From contig CABYJX010000001.1 in the NCBI GenBank assembly GCA_902519405.1, forward strand, positions 38,822-102,821: a stretch of DNA of 64,000 bases. Reading direction: 5' to 3'. The translations under genes were made by a program, and so were the position numbers. Origin of the DNA: an uncultured Gammaproteobacteria bacterium (GTDB lineage: Bacteria > Pseudomonadota > Gammaproteobacteria > Pseudomonadales > Halieaceae). Below the pieces are notes generated by a model that saw nothing but the letters and a program-made list of their open reading frames with translations, did no database searches and was not told the origin of the DNA. This document shows, in pieces, positions 42,310 through 52,280 of this stretch (position 1 is the stretch's first letter; the number at the start of each line of letters is the position of its first letter).

Positions 42310-43161
42310 ATGTCTTTGAATGTTGGATTTATTGGATTGGGCAACATTGGCAAGCCTTGCGCCAAGCACCTGATCCGTGATGGATTTGTTGCGCGAGTCT
42401 TTGATATTCAGACTTCTCGTGTGCGAGAGCTTGCTGAGCAAGGTGCCTTAGCTTGTCAGACCGTCGCGGAGTTAGCAGCCAGTTCTAACCACATTGGTAT
42501 TTGTGTTAGAGATGATCAGCAGGTAGAAGACGTGCTCTATGGAGTGGATGGCCTATTTAGCCAAGCCGCCAGTGGTACTTTGGTTTCGATTCATTCTACC
42601 GTCACTAGAGCATCCTTCTTAAAGTGGGTGGATGATGGAAAACAGCAAGAAATTACGGTTATTGATGCAGCTATATCTGGGGGTGCACAAGGTGCTGAAT
42701 TGGGATCACTATGCTATATGGTTGGTGGTGAAATATCTGATTTCGATAAGGCTAAACCTGTTTTCGAAACTTCAGCAAGTAAAGTCATACATGCGGGTAA
42801 TGTTGGCTCCGGTCTCCTGCTAAAGTTATGCAATAATATGATTACCTACGCTGAATTTCTAGCCATGTCGGAAGCTGTGAAGCTCGCAGATGCCGGTGGA
42901 ATAGATTTCAATCTTTTAAAAGAAGTCGGTCAATCTAACGGAATAATCAACGATGTCATGCATCAGTTTATTAGTAACAGGAACACATTGGCGAAGTCTT
43001 GTTCGGAACGGGAAATGGAGGAGCTGTTTGGCGTTTTTGGCAGGCTCGGTGAAAAAGATCTCGATTGTGCGCTTTCTAGTGGGGTAGATCTCGGGGTAGA
43101 TCTGCCATCTACCAAAGGTTTGCGAGAAGTTATTTACGATTTATTCATGAATAGATGTTGA
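42310..43161 (+). CDS. 3-hydroxyisobutyrate / 6-phosphogluconate dehydrogenase-like NAD(P) oxidoreductase
   Basis: The N-terminus is MSLNVGFIGLGNIGKPCAKHLIRDGF, and the central motif is GSGLLLKLCNNM. ATG 42310 has GAGG upstream. Confidence 0.85.
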   Translation: MSLNVGFIGLGNIGKPCAKHLIRDGFVARVFDIQTSRVRELAEQGALACQTVAELAASSNHIGICVRDDQQVEDVLYGVDGLFSQAASGTLVSIHSTVTRASFLKWVDDGKQQEITVIDAAISGGAQGAELGSLCYMVGGEISDFDKAKPVFETSASKVIHAGNVGSGLLLKLCNNMITYAEFLAMSEAVKLADAGGIDFNLLKEVGQSNGIINDVMHQFISNRNTLAKSCSEREMEELFGVFGRLGEKDLDCALSSGVDLGVDLPSTKGLREVIYDLFMNRC

Positions 43162-44636
43162 GGTTATCCGTGGACGCTGAGCAAAGACTGCTAATTGATG
43201 GTGAACTCGTTGCTGCGGCTTATGGCAGCACTTACAAAAATTTTTCTCCCGTTTCAGAATTGGTGATTGGTCTAGCTTCCGATGCTGGTCAGGAAGATAT
43301 GGATCGCGCGATAGGTGCAGCAAGAAGGGTATTTGATCATTCAGAATGGAGTCGCGATCATGAGTTCCGACATCGCTGCTTAATTCAGTTTAAGGAGGGT
43401 CTGCTTGCCGCTCAGAATCAGTTACGCGAGCTCATTTCTGCAGAGACAGGGGCGCCTATGGGGATTTGCGGTATGGCAGGTCCACATTGTGATGTGCCAA
43501 TCGGTTTTATCGACTATATGCTCGATTTTTTGCCGCAATACGAATGGGGTCGCGACTTGGGAATTGCCGAACCATTAGGACAGCGAAGTAGAAGAATCGT
43601 AGAGAAAGAAGCGATTGGTGTCGTCGGGTGTATTACGCCATGGAATGTCCCCCTGCAAATCAATCTTGCTAAATGTATCCCCGCCTTGGCCTCTGGTTGC
43701 AGCGTGGTTCTAAAGGCAGCACCAGATACGCCTTGGTCAGCCACGATGCTCGGCAGGATTGTTAAGCAATCGACTGATATCCCTGCCGGGGTATTTAATG
43801 TACTGACCGCCGAAGACCCTGTTTCATTGGGGGAACAATTAGTAAGAGATCCACGTGTGGATATGATTTCATTTACAGGCTCTACGCCTGTTGGTAAGCG
43901 TGTAATGGCTCTAGCTTCCGAATCTGTAAAGAGAGTGTTTCTGGAGCTTGGGGGGAAATCTGCTAATATTATTCTCGACGACTCAGATCTTTCCCAAAGT
44001 CTTCTGAGCTCTCTTGCCGTTTGCTTTCATGCGGGGCAGGGCTGTGCAATTCATACCCGATTACTTATCCCCAAGTCACGCCGAGATGAGGTTGAGTCTC
44101 TTCTCCAGACCTATTTCGGGTATATTGAATACGGTGATCCGATGTCTGAGAGTCAGATTATGGGTCCTCTGATTAATGCTCGCCAACGTGATCGTGTGCT
44201 CGAATATATTGATAAGGGCAAACGCGAGGGTGCTCGTATACTTCTCGGTGGAGGTATACCAAAACATCTGGATAAGGGATATTACATTGAACCCACGGTC
44301 TTCATGGATGTCACGAATGAGATGGTTATCGCTCAAGAGGAGATTTTTGGTCCGGTTCTTGTGGTCATAGAATATGAGACGGAGGATGAGGCGATTGATA
44401 TTGCTAATAATTCTCCCTACGGACTTTCAGCTGGTGTGTGGTCAGGTTCAGAAGAAAAGGCTCTCGCTATTGCGCGCAGGTTGAGAACAGGAACGGTTAC
44501 GGTAAACGGAGGTAACTACTACGGTGCGGATGCCCCCTTTGGTGGTTATAAGCAAAGTGGGATTGGTCGAGAAATGGGAAAGGAAGGTTTTGAAGAATAC
44601 CTCGAGACTAAAACCATCGCCATAGGCGCCTCATGA
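43155..44636 (+). CDS. NAD(P)-dependent aldehyde dehydrogenase
   Basis: The sequence has ITPWNVPL, FTGSTPVGKRVM, LELGGKSANII (catalytic Glu), GQGCAIHTRLL (catalytic Cys) and EEIFGPVL. Confidence 0.92.
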   Translation: MLRLSVDAEQRLLIDGELVAAAYGSTYKNFSPVSELVIGLASDAGQEDMDRAIGAARRVFDHSEWSRDHEFRHRCLIQFKEGLLAAQNQLRELISAETGAPMGICGMAGPHCDVPIGFIDYMLDFLPQYEWGRDLGIAEPLGQRSRRIVEKEAIGVVGCITPWNVPLQINLAKCIPALASGCSVVLKAAPDTPWSATMLGRIVKQSTDIPAGVFNVLTAEDPVSLGEQLVRDPRVDMISFTGSTPVGKRVMALASESVKRVFLELGGKSANIILDDSDLSQSLLSSLAVCFHAGQGCAIHTRLLIPKSRRDEVESLLQTYFGYIEYGDPMSESQIMGPLINARQRDRVLEYIDKGKREGARILLGGGIPKHLDKGYYIEPTVFMDVTNEMVIAQEEIFGPVLVVIEYETEDEAIDIANNSPYGLSAGVWSGSEEKALAIARRLRTGTVTVNGGNYYGADAPFGGYKQSGIGREMGKEGFEEYLETKTIAIGAS

Positions 44637-45403
44637 CTAGTTCATTTGATAAGGTCTACGCAGTTACCGGAGGGGCCAGGGGATTTGGGCTTTCTATTAC
44701 TAGCACCTTACTCAACAAGGGTGCTAATGTCGGCATTATCGCTAAAAATGAGGATTCTATTGAGAATGCGATAGAGGAGCTCAATGCTGATAGTGTTTTT
44801 GGAGTGGCTGCAGATGTTTCAGACCCAGGAGCTATTCAAGAAGCGTTGGCTGTTATATCGGATCATTTCGGTGCCTTTGATGGGCTGATTTGCAACGCTG
44901 GACTCGCTCGTCCAAGTCCAATTGCAATGTTAGATTCTAATGATGTGCATCTTCAGATTGAAACTAATCTGTTGGGAACGATTTTTTCCTGTCAGGCCGC
45001 GATTCCACTTCTTAGTCAGTCGAGCAATCCAAGGTTGATTACTATCTCCTCCGCATCTGCTTGTCATCCTGACGAGATGAGTCATCTGTCCGTGTATGCG
45101 GCATCCAAGGCGGCGGTAGAGCGCTTTACTAGAGATCTGCGCGAAGAACTTCAGGGTGACGGTATTGGCGTTAGTTGTATACGACCAGGCGGTGCGGTCA
45201 CAGGATTTGCTGATCAATGGGACCCAGACGCTTTTTCTGACGCTTTCGAAGCGTGGCGCGATCATGGAGAGTATATGGATACAGGTATGACCGTAACGGA
45301 GGTGGCTAACGCAGTCTGGTACTGTCTCAATCAGCCTGTCGGTACGGCGGTCGATTTGCTAGAGATAAGACCAAATCAACGGGTATCCAAATCTGTTTTC
45401 TGA
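44633..45403 (+). CDS. SDR family oxidoreductase
   Basis: The sequence has YAVTGGARGFG and YAASKAAVERF. ATGA overlap with the aldehyde dehydrogenase gene. Confidence 0.85.
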   Translation: MTSSFDKVYAVTGGARGFGLSITSTLLNKGANVGIIAKNEDSIENAIEELNADSVFGVAADVSDPGAIQEALAVISDHFGAFDGLICNAGLARPSPIAMLDSNDVHLQIETNLLGTIFSCQAAIPLLSQSSNPRLITISSASACHPDEMSHLSVYAASKAAVERFTRDLREELQGDGIGVSCIRPGGAVTGFADQWDPDAFSDAFEAWRDHGEYMDTGMTVTEVANAVWYCLNQPVGTAVDLLEIRPNQRVSKSVF

Positions 45404-45467
45404 TTATGTTTTTCATATTCCAAAAAATGAGCATTAAGTCTTTGAAGGAAATTTAGCGGGGATCAAT

Positions 45468-46214
45468 ATGAATTTTGATGGCAAGACCATAATTGTGACA
45501 GGGGCGGGCGGCGGCATTGGTGAGGTTTATGCGCGAGGTTGTGCAAGGCAAGGGATGAATGTGGTTGTGGCAGAACTCAGTCAGGAAAAAGGCACCTCTG
45601 TGGCTGACTCGATCAACGAAGAGGGGGGAAGTGCGATCTTTCAGGAGACTGACGTGGCAGATGAGGAATCGGCGCACAGATGTGTAGAGAGAACAAAAAA
45701 CGCTTTTGGTAAAGTAGATTTTCTTATAAATAATGCGGCTATTTTTGCTGATATGCGAATAGAAGGTTATCTCACGGTAGATCTGGATTACCTTGAAAAT
45801 TTTATGCGCGTGAATGCCCACGGCGCACTTATTATGACAAGAGCTGTCCTAGAGACGATGTCCTCGGGTGGTGGTGGTGCAATTATAAATCAGTCTTCTA
45901 CCGCGGCTTGGATGGGGACAGGGTTTTATGGTGTAGCGAAACTTACATTAAATGGGGTAACACAATCGCTGGCGCATGAGTTAGCCCCGCATTCAATTCG
46001 TATCAATGCGATCGCACCGGGCCCTACTCAGACGCAGGCGCTTGAGAAAACTGCTGGGGATTACGCGAGGGATATGGTTAAAAGTATGCCGATAAAACGA
46101 TTGGGCGAACCAACGGATATGCTTGGAGCGGCATTTTTTCTTTTAAGTGACCAGGCTAGTTGGGTAACCGGACATATTTTGAATGTGGATGGTGGGCAAT
46201 TCATGAGACCCTAA
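45468..46214 (+). CDS. SDR family oxidoreductase (FabG-like)
   Basis: The sequence has TIIVTGAGGGIGEVYA, NNAAI, YGVAKLTLNG and ILNVDGG. Confidence 0.88.
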   Translation: MNFDGKTIIVTGAGGGIGEVYARGCARQGMNVVVAELSQEKGTSVADSINEEGGSAIFQETDVADEESAHRCVERTKNAFGKVDFLINNAAIFADMRIEGYLTVDLDYLENFMRVNAHGALIMTRAVLETMSSGGGGAIINQSSTAAWMGTGFYGVAKLTLNGVTQSLAHELAPHSIRINAIAPGPTQTQALEKTAGDYARDMVKSMPIKRLGEPTDMLGAAFFLLSDQASWVTGHILNVDGGQFMRP

Positions 46215-46275
46215 AACAAGACCTAGTCGCATTGATTAGCTATGTTTGTTGGTGAAACTCAGTGGAGAAAGCTTG

Positions 46276-47262
46276 ATGTTTAATTGGCACTATTGTCGCC
46301 GTCGGGTCAGCGATATTGAAATGCACTATGTCGAAAGCAATGCTGATAAGTCTGATCGGCCTCCGATTATTTTATGCCATGGGTTTCCTGGCCTCTGGTT
46401 TAGCTGGCATCGTCAGATTCCTGCATTGAGGGCCGCAGGTTACCGGGTGATAGCGCCTGACATGCGTGGCATGGGGCTGACCGATACTCCAACTGACTAC
46501 AACGAGTACAGTGTGGATCATATTACCTCTGACCTATTTGGACTGATGGAGGTTTGCGATATTGAAAATGCGATTTTTGTTGGGATAGATTTCGGTGCTT
46601 TTGCTATACAAGATTTTGCATTGAGACACCCTGAAAGGGTCGCTGGATTGATCTGTTTGGAGAATCCTGCTGCCCCGCATAATCCTGACAAGAAACCCCT
46701 CACTGAGTATCGGGAGATGGGTGAAAAGCATTTCCTGCATATTGAATATTTTCGAATTCCACCTCGGGCAGACAATGAACTTGCGGCATCCCCGAGAGAA
46801 TTTTTGCGCAAGGTCTTCTGGTATTTAAGTGGCGACGCCAACTACTTCGATGTATTCAATCACCCTCCTAGCGCCAGTTATCTAGATGCCATGAATGAAC
46901 CACCACCATTGCCATGGCCGTGGCTGAGCGAGTTAGAGTTGGAGTTTTTCGTCTCTCATTATGCGAGAACCGGGTTTACCGGTGGCTTGAATTGGTATCG
47001 ATCTATGGACTTGAAGTGGGAGCAGAGAAAACCGTTCGAAGGGCTGCAGGTCGACGTCCCCGCTTATTTTATTGGAAGCGAGCGCGATGTTGATCTGGAG
47101 GGTTTCCACGGGGAAGATCCGATAGCACTCATGAGAGCTATTTTTCCTAATTTAAAAGACGTCGCCATGATACCTAAGGTTGGACACATGATGCCGTTCG
47201 AAGCCACCAACGCACTTAACACACAACTTCTCAAATATTTGGCTGAGCTAAATACTCTTTGA
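46276..47262 (+). CDS. Alpha/beta hydrolase, epoxide-hydrolase-like
   Basis: The sequence has PPIILCHGFPGLWFSWHRQIPALRAAGYRVIAPDMRGMG, the HGFP/WxW oxyanion region of epoxide hydrolases, and a C-terminal GHMMPFE. ATG 46276 is preferred to the upstream TTG. Confidence 0.85.
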   Translation: MFNWHYCRRRVSDIEMHYVESNADKSDRPPIILCHGFPGLWFSWHRQIPALRAAGYRVIAPDMRGMGLTDTPTDYNEYSVDHITSDLFGLMEVCDIENAIFVGIDFGAFAIQDFALRHPERVAGLICLENPAAPHNPDKKPLTEYREMGEKHFLHIEYFRIPPRADNELAASPREFLRKVFWYLSGDANYFDVFNHPPSASYLDAMNEPPPLPWPWLSELELEFFVSHYARTGFTGGLNWYRSMDLKWEQRKPFEGLQVDVPAYFIGSERDVDLEGFHGEDPIALMRAIFPNLKDVAMIPKVGHMMPFEATNALNTQLLKYLAELNTL

Positions 47263-47360
47263 GTCGTCAGCGCTGGGGCAAAAACGATTTTGTCCTAATT
47301 AAGCGGTTTGTTTGAATGACCGTTTATCTTATATTCTAGGTGGAACGGTTGTCTAATAGG

Positions 47361-47804
47361 ATGAAAATGAAATCTATACCTGAGAGTCATGTCGATATAA
47401 TTAAGGAGGAGGCCATCGGGATTGTGAGCACACTCAGAGAAAGCGATGGTCAGCTTTCAAGCAACCCAGTAAGCTTTCTATTTGAGGAAGGATTTGTGCG
47501 CTTTAGCACGCTCAAGGCGCGAATTAAATATAAAAATCTGGTCTCCGATGATCGTATCTCGTTTTGCGTGGTAAGTAGTCAAGATCCGACGCGGTATGTT
47601 GAGATACGTGGCAAGGCGATTTTGGAGGACGACCCAGGAGGCTTATTTCAAAAAACGCTTTGGAAGAAGATGACCGGGGAAGATGATTTCAACTTCGATC
47701 CGCCAGGTTCCGAACGAGTGATCGTAACGGTCGTACCAGAGCAAGTATCAGCTCCGCTTCTATATGGTGGGCAGATGAGTCAGTATGCAAAGGCAAGTGA
47801 TTGA
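47361..47804 (+). CDS. Pyridoxamine 5'-phosphate oxidase-family (PPOX class) flavin/deazaflavin-binding protein
   Basis: The sequence IPESHVDIIKEEAIGIVSTLRESDGQLSSNPVSFLFEEGFVRFST...NLVSDDRISFCV...YVEIRGKA follows the PPOX split-barrel pattern. The start is uncertain (GTG 47340, ATG 47361 or ATG 47367). Confidence 0.68.
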   Translation: MKMKSIPESHVDIIKEEAIGIVSTLRESDGQLSSNPVSFLFEEGFVRFSTLKARIKYKNLVSDDRISFCVVSSQDPTRYVEIRGKAILEDDPGGLFQKTLWKKMTGEDDFNFDPPGSERVIVTVVPEQVSAPLLYGGQMSQYAKASD

Positions 47805-47867
47805 ATTCGAAACTCTTCTTCCTAAAGATTAATAGAGCTTTTTTATAATATCGAGGAATATAACTAA

Positions 47868-49142
47868 GTGAAATTCAAGCAAAGTGCCGATAGTGTAGAA
47901 GAACTCATTGCGATTCGTCCTGGAGCTGAATGCATTCAGGCGGCAAACGCATCACAGGCGATACCGATAAATGAATTTATTTCCATGTCTCCTGGCTCGT
48001 CAAATGCTTACCTGTTACACAATGCTTCTGGTCGAATTGTTATCAATACCGGGATGGGTTTTGAAAGTCATACTCACAAACGCCTCTTTGACCAGGTCAG
48101 CAGCGCGCCTACAAAATATATCATTCTTACACAAGGTCACGTCGATCATGTTGGTGGTGTAGCTACATTCCGAGAGCAAAATACTGCGGTTGTTGCTCAG
48201 GAAAATAATCAAGCTTGCCAGGCAGATGACGCTCGTATTGGCGTTGTCCGTATCCAGCAGAGTTATATTTGGTTTTCCCATATTATAGATCAAGCGGTTA
48301 AAGCGGCTGAGGAAAATCCAGCACACGTCACCCAGGATATCCCTACTCCCGATCTGGTGTTTAGAGATACCCATGAACTTGATCTGGGAGAACTTCGTGT
48401 TGAGCTGATTTCGACGCCTGGCGGTGAGACGTTGGATAGTTTGATTGCCTGGCTACCTCAACACAGGATTTTATTTAGTGGGAATCTGTTCGGAGCCTTG
48501 TTCCCACACTTTCCTAACTTTAATACTATCCGCGGTGATAAGTATCGAATGCCAGAGAAATACCTTTCTTCACTAGATACTGCCCGATCACTTGAGCCCG
48601 AAGTTCTGATCACCGGGCATGGTGAACCAGTTTATGGTTCGTCGCTGATCCGAGAATGTTTGGATCGATTGGAGGCGTCGGTCGAATATGTGATGAAAAA
48701 AACACTAGACGGCATGAATCAGGGTATAGATATTTTTACATTATCTAAACAGATTGTGCTGCCTAGAGAGTTAACTGTTGGTCAGGGGTACGGAAAGGTC
48801 GATTGGGCAGTGCGCACTATATGGGAAGCGTATATGGGATGGTTTCATCGCATGTCCACAACTGAGCTCTATTCGCATCATCACAGAGATATATATGAAC
48901 ATGTTTTATTGGCAGCAGGGGCCGACGGGTTATTGGAAAGGGCCGAGCAATGTTTAAAACAAGGGGAGTATCTTTCTAGCATTCAGCTTGCGGAAATCGT
49001 GCTTAGCAAAGAAGAATCTCCTCGCGCAAAAAAAATGTCGATCGAGGCTCATACAGCCTTGCTTGAAAATGAGAGCGAAAATTTTTGGCTTAGAGGATGG
49101 CTGCAGCATCAGTTACAAACCCTCACCTCTAGTTCTAATTAG
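47868..49142 (+). CDS. MBL-fold alkylsulfatase-like protein, short form (no signal peptide, no SCP2 tail)
   Basis: The sequence has YIILTQGHVDHVGG (HxHxDH motif with the first His replaced by Gln), STPGGETLDSLIAWLP, ITGHGEP and a GWF-containing helical dimerisation-domain-like C-terminus. The start is GTG. Confidence 0.72.
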   Translation: MKFKQSADSVEELIAIRPGAECIQAANASQAIPINEFISMSPGSSNAYLLHNASGRIVINTGMGFESHTHKRLFDQVSSAPTKYIILTQGHVDHVGGVATFREQNTAVVAQENNQACQADDARIGVVRIQQSYIWFSHIIDQAVKAAEENPAHVTQDIPTPDLVFRDTHELDLGELRVELISTPGGETLDSLIAWLPQHRILFSGNLFGALFPHFPNFNTIRGDKYRMPEKYLSSLDTARSLEPEVLITGHGEPVYGSSLIRECLDRLEASVEYVMKKTLDGMNQGIDIFTLSKQIVLPRELTVGQGYGKVDWAVRTIWEAYMGWFHRMSTTELYSHHHRDIYEHVLLAAGADGLLERAEQCLKQGEYLSSIQLAEIVLSKEESPRAKKMSIEAHTALLENESENFWLRGWLQHQLQTLTSSSN

Positions 49143-49144
49143 TC

Positions 49145-50404
49145 GTGGATAGAATCAATAAATTCATAGAGATCGATGATCTTCTAAATCCCAAGCTTTC
49201 CAAGTCACAGATCGAAATTGTAAAGATGATGAATAGTATCCCTGTCGATCTTAGGGAAGATACAGTTCTTGAGGCGGCGCAGAAGTGTACTGGATTGACT
49301 GATTTTGGTGATCAAGGTTTTAAAGAGCGTCTGAGAGTTCAGCTTCTTAGTGTTTCAGAGGATCAGCAACTCAATAATCTAGGTAGAGCAAGTATTTTTG
49401 CTGATTGCGTACGCTATGCCGGTAATCGTCTCTTGTTCGAAGATCTTCTAAAGCGACATCCAGAGATCCTGAACGAGAAAATCGCCAATCCCATCATTGT
49501 AGCGGGTTTGCCTAGGAGTGGTACGACACATCTTTTGAATCTGTTAGCTTCGGATAAACGGCTAAGTTCCGTGCCTTATTGGGAAAGTCGAGAACCTCTT
49601 CCGCTGCCAAAAGAAAAACCTACATGGGATGATTCCGATCCTCGGTATGAGCGTTGCCAAGCAGCATGGGAGCAGCAGAATGCAATGTTACCGCTTCTTA
49701 AAGCTATGCATGAAATGTCGCCAGATCACGTTCATGAAGAGCTTGAATTGGAGAATCTTGATTTTTCATCCTACAACTTGGAGTGGTTGGCGCATGTACC
49801 GCGGTGGCGTGATTATTATTATTCTCATGATCAGACTCCTCACTACATTTACATGAAAAATGTGTTGAAAGCATTGCAATGGCTTCGAGGTGGAGAGAGG
49901 TGGGTTTTGAAATGTCCTCAACATATGGAACAGCTTCCTGTGCTATTAAAGACATTTCCTGATGCGTCAGTAATCTTGACACATAGAGACCCAGTGGCGG
50001 TGGTTGCATCCATTGTAACTATGCTGGCGTATGGACAGCGACTGAAATACTCGCAAGTTGATCCTAAGACGCTTGTGGAATACTGGGTCGATAGGATTGA
50101 GCGATTGTTAAAAGAATGCGTTCGAGATCGTTTCAGTCTTCCGGATGGAAAGATAATGGATCTGCCTTTTCAGGAGTTTATGGATGACGATCTTGGCGCG
50201 GTAAAAAAGATATATCAGCTGGCGGAACTGGAGTTTAATGAGACTTCCGAGCTTGAATTAAGCGCTTATCTTGACAATAACCCTCGCGGGAAATACGGAC
50301 GTGTTGCCTACCACTTAGAGCGTGACTTCGGTGTGTCACCAGTTGATTTGCAGGAACGATTTTTATTCTATTACAAGCATTATCAGGTCAAAGAAATTTA
50401 TTAG
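49145..50404 (+). CDS. Sulfotransferase family protein (PAPS-dependent type)
   Basis: The sequence has VAGLPRSGTTHLLNLL (5'-PSB loop) and LTHRDPVAVVAS (3'-PB region). It has no signal peptide, uses a GTG start and begins 2 nt after the preceding gene. Confidence 0.78.
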   Translation: MDRINKFIEIDDLLNPKLSKSQIEIVKMMNSIPVDLREDTVLEAAQKCTGLTDFGDQGFKERLRVQLLSVSEDQQLNNLGRASIFADCVRYAGNRLLFEDLLKRHPEILNEKIANPIIVAGLPRSGTTHLLNLLASDKRLSSVPYWESREPLPLPKEKPTWDDSDPRYERCQAAWEQQNAMLPLLKAMHEMSPDHVHEELELENLDFSSYNLEWLAHVPRWRDYYYSHDQTPHYIYMKNVLKALQWLRGGERWVLKCPQHMEQLPVLLKTFPDASVILTHRDPVAVVASIVTMLAYGQRLKYSQVDPKTLVEYWVDRIERLLKECVRDRFSLPDGKIMDLPFQEFMDDDLGAVKKIYQLAELEFNETSELELSAYLDNNPRGKYGRVAYHLERDFGVSPVDLQERFLFYYKHYQVKEIY

Positions 50405-50412
50405 GATTGTAT

Positions 50413-51156
50413 ATGACAGGAACAATTAAAACGGCAGTGGTGACGGGTGGGTCACGAGGCATTGGGTTGGGTGTGGTCAAAGCCCTGCTAGATCACAACT
50501 TCAAGGTTTTTTCCCTTTCCAGGAATGTCTGTGAAGAATTAAATGATGACAGACTCGTAAACATAAAATGTGATGTGGCAAGTGAAGCAAATCAATTGGA
50601 TGCATTCAAGCAAATTGGGGAGACGACTTCGCGGTTAGATGCATGTTTCATTAATGCCGGGGTTTGTGGTGTTAGCCCGCTCCTGGAAATGGATACAGAC
50701 GAATGGGACAGGGTGCTTAGCACTAACCTTACCGGTGCTTTTTATAGCCTTCGCGAAGCTGGAAGATTTATGCGGGATTCTAATAGCGGTGGAAACATAG
50801 TTGCTTGCTGTTCTTTATCATCCTTTAAGCCTGAAAATATGATTGTTCACTACAATGCCAGCAAGGCTGGTTTACGAATGCTTGTGGAAAGTGGAGCTCG
50901 CGAGCTCGGAGCTTATGATATTCGCGTAAACGGAATAGCACCGGGGTTAACTCAGACCGACCTTATAGCCGGGACTGAGGCCATACCTGGCTATCTAGAG
51001 CGTGTTGCCAAAAGAACACCGTTGGGAAGAATTGGAGAGGTGGCTGACTTGATTCCTAGTATATTTCATCTCCTCACGGACCGTTGGGTATCCGGTCAGG
51101 TGTTGGTTGCCGACGGTGGACTCAGCCTTGTTACACCGACCGATCCTCTTGAATAA
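50413..51156 (+). CDS. SDR family oxidoreductase
   Basis: The sequence has TAVVTGGSRGIGLGV, YNASKAGLRM and VLVADGG. The start is ATG 50413 or TTG 50407. Confidence 0.85.
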   Translation: MTGTIKTAVVTGGSRGIGLGVVKALLDHNFKVFSLSRNVCEELNDDRLVNIKCDVASEANQLDAFKQIGETTSRLDACFINAGVCGVSPLLEMDTDEWDRVLSTNLTGAFYSLREAGRFMRDSNSGGNIVACCSLSSFKPENMIVHYNASKAGLRMLVESGARELGAYDIRVNGIAPGLTQTDLIAGTEAIPGYLERVAKRTPLGRIGEVADLIPSIFHLLTDRWVSGQVLVADGGLSLVTPTDPLE

Positions 51157-51161
51157 CCACC

Positions 51162-52280
51162 TTACCGCGTGGCGTCGCTCCACAGGCGATGCCAGAATTG
51201 CAGTAAGGGCTCATTTGTGCCAACAATAAGATCTTGTTTGCTTGACTCTAGACCTTTTTGACAATGAATGGCGGCACTTAAATCTTCTTCCTCAAATACT
51301 TTTCCTCCGAATTCATACGCACCTTGAGCGGCCTCTTCGGTTGCATCAGGATGCGCCAAGCCAATGTAAGAAACGCGCGTAGAGTTAGGTTTTTCCCCGG
51401 GATCAGTACGAATCATTTGTGCCCCTGAAGCATTAACTATAACCATGACTCCAGGAAATAAGGTGTAAGTGCAGGATCCCTCAATGGTCTTTGGCCAGTC
51501 AGATTCGTCTAGCTTTTCTAGCCTTTCAATAGAAAGTAGTGGGAATGCCCAGCGGCTGCAGCGTTTGAAGGTGTCAAAGATAGAGGAACTGGATAAGACT
51601 TTTGCCACCGTTTCTCGGTGAAGCGTTGCAAAGTGATAACTTTCTAGACTTAAATTATTTATTAATTTCCAATTTGCAGCTACTTCGTATTCTTTTCTAT
51701 GTATGAACCGATAATGTTTGAATTCAAAGCCACTCAGTTCTTCAGCGATCTCATTAAATCCAGCGTCCTCTGGACTTACAGCGACATCTTCCGTTAATCC
51801 TATTAGGACGATACCACATGCTTCGCAGACAGCCATCTCTATAAGGGAGCACTCTGGTTTCTCGGTACTGAAACATGATTCCTGAGGTCGACCAATTAAG
51901 CTCCCATCCATGGTGTAGGACCAACCGTGGAACTTGCAGATCAGTTTTTTAGCGTTACCTGCTCCCTCAGCGACCTTCCCTCCTCGATGGATACAGGCAT
52001 TAATAAATGCTCGCAATACCCCTAGATGATCCCTGGTCAACACTATCGGAATATTTAAAACTTCAAGGGCAAGATAACTATTTGGTTCAGGAATCTCGGA
52101 GGAAAAGGCTATGGGCTGCGGAGTTTTAAGGAACAAAGCCTCTTTTTCGATAAGAAAATGCTGTTCATCATAGAAAAGTTTAGACAATATTCTGACTTCG
52201 CTTTCTGCTAGATCGCTCTTCTTGGCCTGGAAGTTCCGCAGAAGACGACGGTTGAGCTTATTCACCGTTTGTCTTTCCAT
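51162..52280 (-). CDS. Rieske [2Fe-2S] non-haem iron oxygenase, alpha subunit
   Basis: The Rieske motif is CIHRGGKV-x-CKFHGW (CxH-x16-CxxH). The mononuclear iron motif is ESYHFATLH (E-x2-H-x4-H). Confidence 0.88.
   Translation of the reverse strand: MERQTVNKLNRRLLRNFQAKKSDLAESEVRILSKLFYDEQHFLIEKEALFLKTPQPIAFSSEIPEPNSYLALEVLNIPIVLTRDHLGVLRAFINACIHRGGKVAEGAGNAKKLICKFHGWSYTMDGSLIGRPQESCFSTEKPECSLIEMAVCEACGIVLIGLTEDVAVSPEDAGFNEIAEELSGFEFKHYRFIHRKEYEVAANWKLINNLSLESYHFATLHRETVAKVLSSSSIFDTFKRCSRWAFPLLSIERLEKLDESDWPKTIEGSCTYTLFPGVMVIVNASGAQMIRTDPGEKPNSTRVSYIGLAHPDATEEAAQGAYEFGGKVFEEEDLSAAIHCQKGLESSKQDLIVGTNEPLLQFWHRLWSDATR

Noticed and set aside
45453-45821. A 122-aa minus-strand ORF spanning the start of the SDR gene at 45468.
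   Set aside because: It is antisense to a gene with clear TGxxxGxG and YxxxK motifs, has no recognisable domain and is Cys/Ile/Phe-rich. It is a shadow ORF.
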